This document shows, piece after piece, positions 1 to 11,092 of a stretch of DNA of 62,159 nt. This DNA is from Moniliella sp. 'wahieum'. Taxonomy: Eukaryota. How positions within the stretch are numbered: position 1 is the first letter of the stretch; each line of letters starts with the position of its first letter. Location of the stretch: positions 124,001-186,159 of the forward strand of contig RSEE01000124.1 of NCBI GenBank assembly GCA_003971905.1. The letters are read 5' to 3'. Both the position numbers and the translations under genes were made by a program. Under the pieces are notes generated by a model. The model was given only the letters and a program-made list of their open reading frames with translations. It was not told the DNA's origin and made no database searches.

Positions 1-803
1 GCTTCATCTCGGTAAAGAGGATGACACGGCTGAATGCCGGGTCAGAGGCAAATCGACAGCCAATTGTCGCTTCTCCTTCTGGCCACAAAGATGACGTTCT
101 GCTTAATCTTTTCCGCCGTCGTGGCAGCTGGGGTGACCTCGACCCGAACAGGGTCGGGCCGGAGAAGGGTGTGAGCCAACTGGGCCACCTTCGGGGGCAT
201 AGTAGCCGAAAAAAAGTAATTTTGCCGTTCCGACGCCGGCGGTAACTGAGCAACGATCCTGCGCACATCATGAATGAACCCCATATCCAACATCCGATCC
301 GCTTCGTCCAGAACAAACGTTTCGACCTGGTCGAAACGAACGTAGCCTTGGCCGTGCAGGTCAAGCAGGCGACCGGGCGTAGCAATCAAAACGTCCAGCC
401 CACCCTGCAAGGCGGTCGTCTGAGGCTTTTGGCCGACGCCACCGTAAATGACAGCGTGATGGATGCTCGATGGGCCTGAGCTGGGCAAGTGTTGGCTGTA
501 CTTGGCGATGGAACGGTCAATCTGGATGGCAAGCTCGCGGGTTGGGGTGACAATGAGGGCACGGAAAGCGTTGGTTACGCGCTTGACTGGGTGGGTGGAG
601 AGACGCTGAAGGATGGGGAGAGTAAAGGCAGCAGTCTTGCCCGTACCGGTCTGGGCAATCCCCAATAAATCTTGGCCCGCTAGCGCAACGGGGATCGCCT
701 GGGCCTGGATGGGGGTCGGATGGACGTACCCAGCCATGGCAAGCGCCTGTTGCAGCTCGGGCCGCAGCCCGAGGCGGGCGGTAAACTTGGTCGCGGTGTT
801 CAT
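1..803 (-). CDS. rhlE: DEAD-box RNA helicase, bacterial RhlE-like (3' part runs off the window)
   Basis: ATG at 803. Motifs: Q (PTPIQAQAIP), I (AQTGTGKT), Ia (PTRELA), GG (YGGVGQKPQ), Ib (TPGRLLD), II (LDEADRMLDMGFIHDV) and III (SAT). After a frameshift near 70-50 it reads DPAFSRVILFTEMK (motif IV). No intron is visible. Confidence 0.85.
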
Positions 804-2550
804 GGGCGGCTGAGGGGGTGAGTGATGGAGGGAGGCCAAAGAAGAAACACAAAGAAGAAATCCAAGGCCTGCTCTGCCCGGCGGAAGAAAGGAGGGGGGC
901 AGCCCTACGTGGACGACGGCACAAGTGGAGTCCATTCCATCGATCGGTGCAGACAAAACTTGCACTTTTCTTTCAACTTTCAAAAGACGGGCTTCAAAGA
1001 TTCAACGTGTTGTTTGTTTCCTGCCATGGTGGAAGCCCTGTTCAACATGGTGGACTTGACCGAATATAGTTAGTAGCGGTGTGCTGCTGCCACACTTCAA
1101 AGGGCTGATCGCACCCAATGGACGGGTTGGAGCAGGTGGAAGCTTCAGGAGCTGTTGGCCTGGTAGCGGCGATGCTGCTGGAGTGAAACAACGGTCACCG
1201 CACACTAAAAAAGACGTGACACAACATGTGTTGGGCTGTGCGTACACCGCCGGAGAACCAAGAGGCCAACACCACACGGCCATCCTGGCAGCCAGCGCGA
1301 AATTAAAGAGAACGTTTGGGGTGAAAAGCGGTGCAGAAGCCTGAGGGACAAGAGCAACACTCCTTGGCCCCGCCCTAGCAGCTTGAATCAGGAGCTTCAA
1401 TAAGCTTCAAGCTTGAGCGCGCGGTCAATCTCAGGCCAGCCCCCTTGCGGTGCCGACAAAACGAGGAGTTATATACGGTTTTACCTTGTAGGCATTGTCC
1501 GGACTTTTATATGCTTCTACTGTAAGAGGCAGATAGGGGCTCTTTAGTATAGGTGGTTTGTATGATACAAGACCACTAACTACTTACTAACGTCCGGTGG
1601 GCTCGCTGGTGATCCAGATTGAGCATCTCGATACGTCTGATGCATCTCTTCTCCTTTTTAGACCGCGGTCTGGACAGTCCGGTCCGTGTGTCGTCTTGTC
1701 CCCATGTTTTTGGCCTGCTGCGCCCAGCTTGTGCTACAGAGCCATGTGGAGCCTTGCATGGACGCTTTTTAGCCTATTAGGCTTTCTGCCTAAGGCAACA
1801 ATGGCCTTTAAGCGCTATAAGCCGCTGTTGAATCGATCGCTCCCGGGCGGCATACCTCTCTCCTACTACATCCTGTGGGGCATTGGACTAGCTCTAGGGA
1901 CCATATCTCGCTCGTGTACAAACAATCTCTGTTCTCTACAACTTGCGAGGACCTGACCCAGTCATCAGTCACAAACAGTAACTTTACTAGTCAATGTTCA
2001 ACGCTATAGTTACCTTTCCTTACCGTCCGACCGTCCCACCCCACAGTTCGCCCCACAATTGAAGTGGTCGTCCCACACACAGATCGAGGCCGCCGGTAGT
2101 CACTTCACTATCGGCGCGCTATACCAAACAGGCGTCTTCATTGTGTCAGGTGATCGGCGTTATCAACCACAGTGCCTCAGCTTCCTCGACGCCTCAGCCC
2201 GATCAGCCTAAAGCCGACTCGTACGCTTGCGCTCCCGCACGGCACACACCAAGCTCCCAACTGTCCTGTCGTTCCAGCACCGATGCAGAGACGAGACACT
2301 GCCCCAATCGAGCAAAATAGGTAAGTACGAGAAGAGACTAGGGCGGGAAATGGGGAGATCACGAGAGAGTATGCGTGTTTTTCTGCTGAAGAACTGACGA
2401 GGCGGTTGGGAGGAAGAGATATTGCGGGTAAATCCTGGGAAGGTATACGAGAGTGGGAATAAGGACGAAGGTAGCGGATGAAGTTTCATCCCATTCAGAT
2501 CGAAGCTGACCGGCTGACTAGTGACCTAGTGACCGCTATTCATTTATCCG

Positions 2551-2710
2551 TGTCGGCCTCGCTACTACCACAGAATGTGAGCACTGAACGTCGTATTGGA
2601 CTAAGAAGCTTCTGCGACTGACTCGTCCAGAAGACTGGTGCGAGCTCGGAAGGAATGAAAGCTGACTCACGTGACTCAGGGTCCGCGCGGTCCTAGGACG
2701 GATGTCAACA
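2551..2710 (-). repeat. 3' LTR of copia element
   Basis: TGTCGGCCTC...GATGTCAACA. Matches 7397-7556 apart from two single-base indels. Confidence 0.95.
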
Positions 2711-5700
2711 CCCCCGCTGACCGGAGGGCCCAGTCATGTGGACTGGATCCATCTCCTCGACGCGGAGTTGAGCAAGATGGCTTGTCAGGGCGGGACGGCC
2801 GAGAGGCTTGGTGAGGACGTCCGCTGGGTTCCTTTCGCCGGGGATGTGTACAAGTATGGCCTCGCCCGAGTCCACGTGTTGCCGTACATTGTGGTACCGG
2901 ATCTTCAGCTCTCGGAGCTTGCCGGTGCTGCCAAATTTGTGGGCGAGATCGACGACAGACTTATTGTCGCAATACCAATGAATGGGTGTACCCTCGCCGA
3001 TGGCCCCAAGCTCGATCATGATGTTCTTGACATAGTTGGCGTCAACCAGTCCATCATATCCTGCCGTATATTCGGCGGCGCGGGGTACTGGTAACGCTCT
3101 TCGGCTGAAGAATGGATCGCCACGACACCGGCACACCGTACACCATCAGTAGGCATCCAGATGTGGAGCGTGCCTGGATGGGATCTCCCGCCAAGTCGGA
3201 ATCTGTATACAGCGCAATGGCCGGTGCATCTGATGTTGGGGTAACCTCAGGCCTTTCCTCGAGTATGGTACAGGTAGCGAAGGAAGTCATCGACTGCTTG
3301 ATGATGCTGCTGCGATGGGTCGGCAGCGGCTCTGCTGAGGGCCGTGATAGCGAAGAGGGAGTCAGGCCGGCCCATTCGTGCAGCCCACAGTCCCGATCCG
3401 ATCTTCCCTGATATGCCTTGCGCAAGGCTGGGAGGGATGGGGGTTCAGGGTCGGCACGGGGCGGTATCCGTACGGGATGTGGGAGAGTCCGGATCCACGG
3501 GGCTTTGAGTGTGGTGTTGCCACCACTTCCTCGATGAACTTTGGTTGGCTCAGGTACAGCTCCCCACCGATCCGATCGTATTGGCATCCCAGGTGGTAGT
3601 GAAGGGGACCGTTACCACGAACATCAATGTGTGTTTATCTCGGCCATAAACTCCTCGTACTTTTGGTGTGACTTGCATGCGAGGAGCAGATCGTCGGTGT
3701 GGACCGCCAGGAGGATCTGCTCACCCGGTGGTGCAGCGCGCACGAACAACAGGGCTCGGTCAAGCTTTGCGTGAAGCCGAGCTTGTCACGCAGCAGGTTC
3801 CGGATGTATCGTGCCCAGTTTGCTCCGCTTGATGTAGCCGTATAGACTCTTCTTGAGACGCCACACGCGACCACCCGCTTCGGGGAAGTAGGGGGGGGCG
3901 GATGTAGACTGCTTCTTCGAGGGGGGCGTTCAGGTACGCTGCATTGACGTCCGCCGAGAAGAGGCCAAACTTAACTTACTCTCGGCCAGCACGACGAGGG
4001 TCAGGGATGGCAGGTGTGCGCACCGATGGTGCGAACGTCTGGCCCCAAGTCTCGGCCGATTGGTTGGTGTCCGCCCGCGAAAGCGCGCGCGGTGGCGCAG
4101 GAACCGGCCCTCGGCGTCCGTCTTTGTGGTGATGCGCCATAGTCCTATGAGGATTTGTGCACCGGTGGTGGGTACGTAGCCTCGTAGGTGCCGTATCGCG
4201 CGAGTGTGGCCCCTCGTCGGCCATAGCCTGCTTGACCATGGCAAAGGAGGGGTGAGTCTCGAGACCCTTGAGCGTCTTGGGAGCGAGGGGTACGCCATCC
4301 TTGGTGAGCTGAACCGTGTCCGGGTGGATGGGTGCGCTGAGAGCAGTCATGGCGGCGTATTCGGGAGGTTGAACTGTGTCGGCAAACGGGGGGGCGGATG
4401 TGTCAGGTAGGGGGCGGGCGATGCCGATCTCTGGTGCGGCGCAGTGGGGCGTGGCGGCTGCAGCACGAGCATGGTAGGTCGTGTCGGTGGGGTCGTCAGC
4501 GATTGGGAGTGTGTGCAGGTCGAGGGAGGTGCGGTGGTGCGCTGGCGGAGGGGGTAGCGGCGCGGAGGGGGGTGGTGGTGGGAGCGGGTGTCTGGGGTGT
4601 GGCGGCGGTTCGGGGCATGGGTGCTGCCGCGGCTGGCGGAGTAGGGTTAGCGTCTTTTCACTGTCGATTTTAATTTGAGGTGATTTGGAGATGTCGGGTG
4701 GGAAGTGGTCGGGGTGGAGGGGGTAGATGGCGTTGCCCCATTTGTACGGTTTCGACCAGCGGTAGGTGAAGGTACCCAGGGATGGTTGGTATGTGGCGAA
4801 GAGCCATCCCTTTGATCCGCGCTGATGGTGGTATCCTACCAGCATACCTTCCTCTGCCCGCGCGCTGAGCTTGTGCTCGCGGCGTGACTCGGGCAGATGG
4901 AGGTATGCAACGCGGCCAAAGGGTTGCATCGGTAACGAGTATGCGTGGCCTTTGTATCGCTCAAATCGCGATTTGTTGTCTTCCCCGGATGTTTTGAGTG
5001 GCATTGTTTTGGGTGAAGCACGCAGCGTGGAGGCTGTGTTCCCACCAGTCCGACGTCGGAAGACCTGTACCCAAGAGCAACTGCCTTGCACGAGTCGTTA
5101 TGGTTCGGATGGCACGCACAGCCACACGTTGCTAGCACTCTGCCCCGGATTGTCCGTTCTGACGTGATGCCTTGCTCGTCCAGAAAAGGTTGCAGTGCGC
5201 TTGTCAAGGGGGCGTTGTCCGTGCGCAAAGTCCGCAGCAGTCTGTCCGGGCCGTAGCGTTGCTCCCGCAATATGAGGTTCCGCAGTTCCTTCGTTGCAGC
5301 GCCCTTTGTCGGGATCGCTGTGTGTGAAGACGTACCGCGTGAAGTCATCAACGGCGACGAGGGCGTATCCGTGCCCCATGCCGGTTACCCGGGGGAGGTA
5401 CTACGTCGACGTGGAGGACCTCGAAAGGTCTTTTGGATCGGAGGCGGTCCCGGCTCGGATGGGGCGATGCTGTCGCTAGTGCCACCGCGCAGTTGGGCAA
5501 TCCCACTCTGAACGACAGAGGGAGATATGCTTGGCTGTGACGCGGAGGCCTGCGGTTTCCGATCGTGTAAGCCAGGGGAGGAGGTCGATGGCTGCGTGGT
5601 TCCAGCGTTTGGGGCTTTAGAGACGTGGTCCAGGGCCAGGGATGCTGCGAGGAGTTTGGGGTTGAGGGTGGGTCGGCCGCGGTTTGATCGGTTTGGGTCG

Positions 5701-6118
5701 CCATGGCCCGCAGGGGTGTGGGTGGCGTTCGCGGGTTGTGTAAGATCGTGAATTGATAGTCACTGCCGGTTACTTTTCGTAGGGTGGATCCTGGGTTACC
5801 AAGCCAGATACCCTTCTGGTGTGGGGCGAAGTATGATGCGATTCCGGTGTTCGACAGGTGTGCTACACTGACGAGATTTCGGCTGAAACGGGGCATGTAT
5901 AGGCTGTTGGGGAGTTTATCTCCATTTGGTGTCCTCCTAAGCATCGGATACGGATTGTGGCCGTGCCTCGTCCTTCCGCCTTTACATGTGTCCCGTTAGC
6001 AACCTCTATCTCGTCGTCGCAAGGGGTCATGGATGTGAAGACGGATTTGTCCTTTCAAATGATGGGAATGCCCCACTGTCATATAATGCCCGATGATTCG
6101 CATTTCGCCCCCGAGTTC
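2705..6118 (-). CDS. pol: Copia pol (protease, integrase, reverse transcriptase, RNase H), frameshifted
   Basis: Protease YDSGA at 6083-6069, then IEVANG. Integrase LHVDV, YALVAVDDFTRY, LRTDN and EEGMLVGY. RT remnant GRFLRHRAR. RNase H YTDSDLAG..RSTSG, VSWRS, AEY, YCDNKS and NPADVLTKPL. Confidence 0.92.
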
Positions 6119-7346
6119 CTAGTAGTCAGCTGTGCCCGCATCAACGTCAATCACTTCAGACTCGGGAGAGCTCGCTCTTGAGCGACGTGAGTTGGCTCGG
6201 CCTGGGTTGCGCGGAGGGACAACAGGTTTTATTAGACGTCGCGCTGCGCCAGGGTTTGGTTGGTGCGTCTTGCCCTTGGTTTGTGTCCGCGAGGTTGTCG
6301 TCGCGGCTTTGCCCCCGCTGGAGTTTTTTTCCCCCGCTGTGGGTCGTCCCCCGCTGTCGGGTCGAGTCCAAGGCGTTCCTCCGTTGACCGGCTTGCCTCC
6401 GTTTCTCTTCCTTTCTCCACCGGGATACGTGGCGGCTGGTATGTCCATCACGGCCTGCCGTAACTTGTCTAGACTCGAGCGCTCTTCACGCTGGCGAATG
6501 CTCATGTCGCGTAAGCCGAGTAGGATCCCAGTGCGTTCCTGCTCTTCCGTAAGTGGGATGCCCGCGGTCAGGCTTGCACTGATCTCTTCCATGTAGTCGA
6601 GGTAGTCTCGACCCGATCGGTTTCCTTGGTCGGCGCGAAAGTAGCGATGAGTAGAGGCCCTCTGTTTGCGGTAGGCGTATATCCATACCGCTGACGCAGC
6701 ATGTTCAGCGTGTCCTGGGTGCATGATATTTCGTGGTGGGTGCGGATCGTCCGGAAGAGGGTTGACGGCATGGCTTCCCTAAGAAGGTTGTGCAAGCGTC
6801 TGTCGAGGTCCTCGGTGAAGTAGCGGGAGCTGCGACCATTCTGGACGACGTCGCTTGGTGGGGGTGGGCATCTGTTATCGCGAAGAGAATTCGTCCCAAG
6901 CGCTGTAGGCGGACGGGTCTTTGTTCAGATCAGGCCATTGATATTCTTGTGGGAGACTCGCGTAGTGATCTGTAAAGGTCGTACTCGGTCGCGAGGCTGC
7001 GCCTGTAGGTGCCCCCAAAGTTCGTTGGGTTGAGTTTCCATTTGGTGGATGTTTTGCACCACAAAATTCGTAGCCCGTCGAACCCAGTTTGTCGTGATAG
7101 ACGTAGGTTCGTCCTTCCATCCAAGCCACTCGGCTCTGTCGTGTATAGCTCTGTTGATCTTCTCTTTAACGACATCGATGTCGTTCGTCTTCTTGAACCA
7201 CAGGTGCGCTTCGGCGCAAAGCATCATGAGTTCCTCGTTGTCGGTGCCAATCGGGGGGATCGCGACCGGTTGGTGTCCAGTAATCGCGCTTGTTCACCAT
7301 TGTGGTGTCGCTGACCGAGAGATCGGTGTTAGCGTTGGCGCCCATG
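6119..7346 (-). CDS. gag: Copia gag-like ORF (frameshifted), ending in TAG at 6121-6119
   Basis: Chained ORF pieces between the 5' LTR and the protease (6925-7227, 6568-6795, 6119-6724), ending in a basic low-complexity region. Assigned by position. Confidence 0.7.
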
Positions 7347-7396
7347 GTGGGTGTAGTTTTGGCCAGCTCAGGGATGAGCAGATAAGGATGTAACTC

Positions 7397-7556
7397 TGTC
7401 GGCCTCGCTACTACCACAGAATGTGAGCACTGAACGTCGTATTGGACTAAGAAGCTTCTGCGACTGACTCGTCCAGAAGACTGGTGCGAGCTCGGAAGGA
7501 ATGAAAGCTGACTCACGTGACTCAGGGTCCGCGCGGGTCCTAGGACGGATGTCACA
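7397..7556 (-). repeat. 5' LTR of copia element
   Basis: TGTCGGCCTC...GATGTCACA, followed by TSD ATCCG. Confidence 0.95.
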
Positions 7557-8408
7557 ATCCGGCCTCTTACATCCATCCATCCATCCTGAAATAGCGACTG
7601 TGCCCCTCGGACGCCGGAAGTCCGTGCATGCGAGAGCCAGTTGGGTAGCACCCTGGCAAAATCTCAGACATCCGGCGCTCGCGCCGAGGCGCCGAATGAT
7701 TAGCGTTTAGCGAGGGCCTGAGGCACCGAGTTGCTCCTGGGGTAGTCCGTATTCACTAGCACTGCCCTGCTCACTAGCTCTCACTAGTCACTTCTAAGAT
7801 CTAAGGCTAATAGGTCCTCTGGCGCTCTCTGGCGCTGGGGCTGAGCAGGCCGGGGTTACGTTGTTGGGTGCACGCGTGAGCGGAGTTGGTGCGTCCTGTG
7901 GCTTTGGGAAGGCTTGGCGGTCATCGATCATCATGCATCATCATCGATCAAATCATTGGCCTGAACAAAAAGTCAACATCATGCCACAGCCGCCCACGTG
8001 CCTGCTCCGCGGGGAGCACCGCGTGCGTTGGAAACTTAATCATTCGCCTTGAATCATGAATCGTTCACCACATTGTGCTTACGATCGGCCCAGAGTATAG
8101 ATTCGATCCACACTGCCCCTGCGATCTGACGCCGACGTCAGAAGTCCGGTGGAGTAGGCGCAGGCAGGCTGTGTGTGCCCCTGCGCCTTCCTCTCCGTCG
8201 CGCACCTGCAGGGCTCGACAACGCCTTCTGGTCTCCCAGGGGCGCAGAGGATCGATCGGAATCGAGGGATATATAACCACAGGCCGGGGTCAGCCCTCCT
8301 CTCCCTACCGCCACAACACCGTCTTTTCTCTCCCACTGTCACTACCACTACCACCAACCCCAACACCACCAACACCGACACCAACACCAACACCACTGCT
8401 TCCGCAAC

Positions 8409-9101
8409 ATGCGCCTTACCCTCACTAGCACTGCTTTGTTGGCCTCTGCCTGTGCCGCCGGCCTGGTCCAAGCCTTCCCCGCCCCCTCGGCCCCGAATCT
8501 CGAAGCTCGCGACGATCCCTCCTTCAGGCCGATCGGCCCCTTTGTCATGCAGCTCAAGGACCAGTGGATCACGATCAACCAAGACGAGCTGGACGTGACG
8601 TCCGACAAGGATGCGCGTACCCACTTCCTGTTTACCCCGGCCGAGTCGAACATGTACGATGTGCACGGTACGATTGGAGGGTACAAGGAGTTTTGGGACG
8701 AAACGTTTGGCTTTTTCTCGCCGGCGGACGATACGAGTAAGTGTGTGCAGGGGCAGAGCAACTACACTCGTGCTACGCACTTTACTGTGGGTCCCTGCAC
8801 CAAGCACAAGGGCTCAGCCGAGTTTGGTCTGCAGCTCTTCCACCTGCTCGCTGGTTCGGCGTATACCGATGGCGAAGGGGGCCTGCCTCAATCACACAAC
8901 TACACCACGGATTGGATTCCCTTTGGCGAGAAGGGTCCTACCGAGCCAGGAGATTACAACGCGTACGGGTCCTCGAAACCAATGAACGGATGGCGCTTTT
9001 ACCCGCGCAAGTCGGATGGCGTGCGCCTGCAGGCCCAACCCATCGGCAACGGGGTAGGCGACACATTGCAGTTCCTCAACGAGACATTTTACAACATTTA
9101 A
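8409..9101 (+). CDS. Secreted protein of unknown function (candidate effector), 230 aa
   Basis: Intact intronless ORF. Signal peptide MRLTLTSTALLASACAAGLVQA, propeptide-like ..NLEAR, two Cys in the mature part, N-glycosylation sequons NYT/NYT/NET. TATA-like ATATATAA at ~8270. Confidence 0.85.
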   Translation: MRLTLTSTALLASACAAGLVQAFPAPSAPNLEARDDPSFRPIGPFVMQLKDQWITINQDELDVTSDKDARTHFLFTPAESNMYDVHGTIGGYKEFWDETFGFFSPADDTSKCVQGQSNYTRATHFTVGPCTKHKGSAEFGLQLFHLLAGSAYTDGEGGLPQSHNYTTDWIPFGEKGPTEPGDYNAYGSSKPMNGWRFYPRKSDGVRLQAQPIGNGVGDTLQFLNETFYNI

Positions 9102-10669
9102 AGGGCAAGTCTACACGACAAGGGAGATGAATGTTGAGTGTTGCACAACATAACCCTCTCTCCCCTCCGGCGCGCGCTGCCAAATGCGTTTCGATGACCT
9201 GTTGGTTCAAAACCCCCCGTTTTTCTCCCTTGGCAAAGACATTCGCTTTCTCCTGTTGCCCGTAGGCTCATTAGCCTCTGGTACCGTTTCGACCTGGGGC
9301 TCGGTCGGGACAATATTCTCTTTTGTGCACGTTGAGCCTGAACAACTTCGAGGGATCCCAGGGACCACGATTTTGACATGGAGGGTGTCAAACCAGTTGA
9401 TTGATGTTACTTTGAACAGTGAACGTACGGAACGTTGAAGGAGCACCCGAGCTTGGGATCTCTGCGACCAGTAGGCACTCGCTATAGACAGTCCGTGCTC
9501 GTAGTTTCGACGTATACGTATCCTGTCGGCAAGAAACTCTGTATTCAGCATTCAGCATTGAGTATTCAGCATCGACATAGAGGCTTTGGATTTGAGGTTA
9601 TATATGCCCAGTTCTCTGCCCCAGCCTGTTTCGATCGTATATTCCCTAGAACCCTCTCCACAGGAGGAAGGGATATGGCAAAGCACAATGTGCAGTGTAG
9701 CATTGTACGTTTTCCGGTTCCACTCTGCCCAAGCAAAGAGTCCAGCGTTGGAGTGACAACTTCTAAGGAGACAGACCGCCAAGGAGTAGAGCCCGAATCG
9801 TCAGGCCTAACATGGGAGAACGACAGTACAAAGAAGAGGAAGGACGAAGGAAAAGAGCCACAAACCCAAACGTGTCCGTGCCAATCACCTCCGTCCAACC
9901 GTACCAAGGGCCAAGAAAGAAAAGGATAAGCGTGGTAGCAGGGGGGGGGTGGCAGAGGGGGTCGGATGGGCATACGTGCGTGTAGGCGAGCCATATTCTT
10001 CTTAATGGTTGGTCGTCAACATGTGAACGAGACAGGGTGGTGTGCTACAGATGACCTCCTTGCTCGGGCTGGCCAGAGCGCACAGGAACGTCTCACCTCG
10101 GTTGCTCCCTTTCCTCCAATATCTTCCCGCCTGCATTCTCTTCACGTATGTACTGGCGTGTTGTCGATGCGGCTACGAATACTTCCGTTGCTCTCTACCA
10201 CATTTACTGTGGAGCTCGGTACCCCAAGTGTGCAACCCCAAAACACTTATGCTTACGCTTACGGTGTAGGCTGTAGAGCACGATAGCACTGCATCTAGTC
10301 CATCCAAGACAAATGGATTTGGATTTTGAGTCACCCGCCCGAGCGCGAGCGGGTGTACGAATGCCCGTGTCGAGCAGACGCAGAGGATCATGCAACCCAG
10401 GACCGTGCCAATCAGGAGGCCTGGGGGAGAAGAGGGGAGAAGAAGCATGACAAGTGACAGGAGGGAAGAGAGACCTCACTTCTCATTCCCCAGAATTCAA
10501 ATACCTAGCAACGCACTGCACGGCTACCGCAACGCAACGCAACACAATGCAACCCAATGCAGCGCGGGCAGGAAACGATGTGGGCTACCCATACATGGCC
10601 CGGTCCGAGCAGGAGGGAGACACACACGGCCGACCGAGCCCGCGCCCGCGCATGGGAAACACGCAGCGC

Positions 10670-11092
10670 TTACGCAGCGGTCTTCTTGAGCTCTTGGCCC
10701 AAGAGCTTCCTCCGCTGCTGCTTGAGGTGGGTGATTTCAAAGCGTTGGAAGTCGGTGGTGGACTTCTTAGCCTGACGGGCAGCCAGGGTCTTGGCCCAGT
10801 TGGACGCTGCCCACTTCTCGGCCACGCCGGCCTTTTCAAAGTACTTCTTAACGACCTTGGAGCGAGCTGCGCGGGGCAAGTCCTTGACCACAAACTTGGT
10901 CAGGATCAAGTACTTGTACTGGAACGCTTGGCGTGCGACGCCAGTCGTGGGCCCGTCAATGATGGCCCGGTTGGCATCAATGATCTCGGCAATGACGGCC
11001 AACTTGCCATTGATCGGCGACGTTTCGTCGTTGATCAGCACCACACGGCCCACCTCGACGAAACGCTTGAAAGAGGATACTTGGCTCGACAT
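10670..11092 (-). CDS. RPL14: 60S ribosomal protein L14 (eL14)
   Basis: MSSQVSSFKRFVEVGRVVLIN..GKLAVIAEIIDANRAIIDGP..TDFQRF. A 5'-UTR intron at 11093-11171 (GTACGT..CTAAC..CAG) ends immediately before the ATG. Confidence 0.97.
   Translation of the reverse strand: MSSQVSSFKRFVEVGRVVLINDETSPINGKLAVIAEIIDANRAIIDGPTTGVARQAFQYKYLILTKFVVKDLPRAARSKVVKKYFEKAGVAEKWAASNWAKTLAARQAKKSTTDFQRFEITHLKQQRRKLLGQELKKTAA

Larger units (their letters stand above)
2551..7556 (-). mobile_element. Full-length Ty1/copia LTR retrotransposon
   Basis: Two ~160-bp direct repeats bounded by TG...CA. 5-bp TSD ATCCG at 2546-2550 and 7557-7561. Internal order gag-PR-IN-RT-RNaseH on the minus strand. Polypurine tract (AGCGGGGG on minus) abuts the left LTR. 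Confidence 0.97.

Noticed and set aside
984..2545. Short ORFs between the helicase and the LTR
   Set aside because: No recognisable motifs, splice pattern or terminal repeats.
9207..10448. Possible multi-exon secreted-protein gene on the minus strand
   Set aside because: A hydrophobic start and a GTAAGC donor are present, but I could not assemble a consistent spliced frame or recognise a family.
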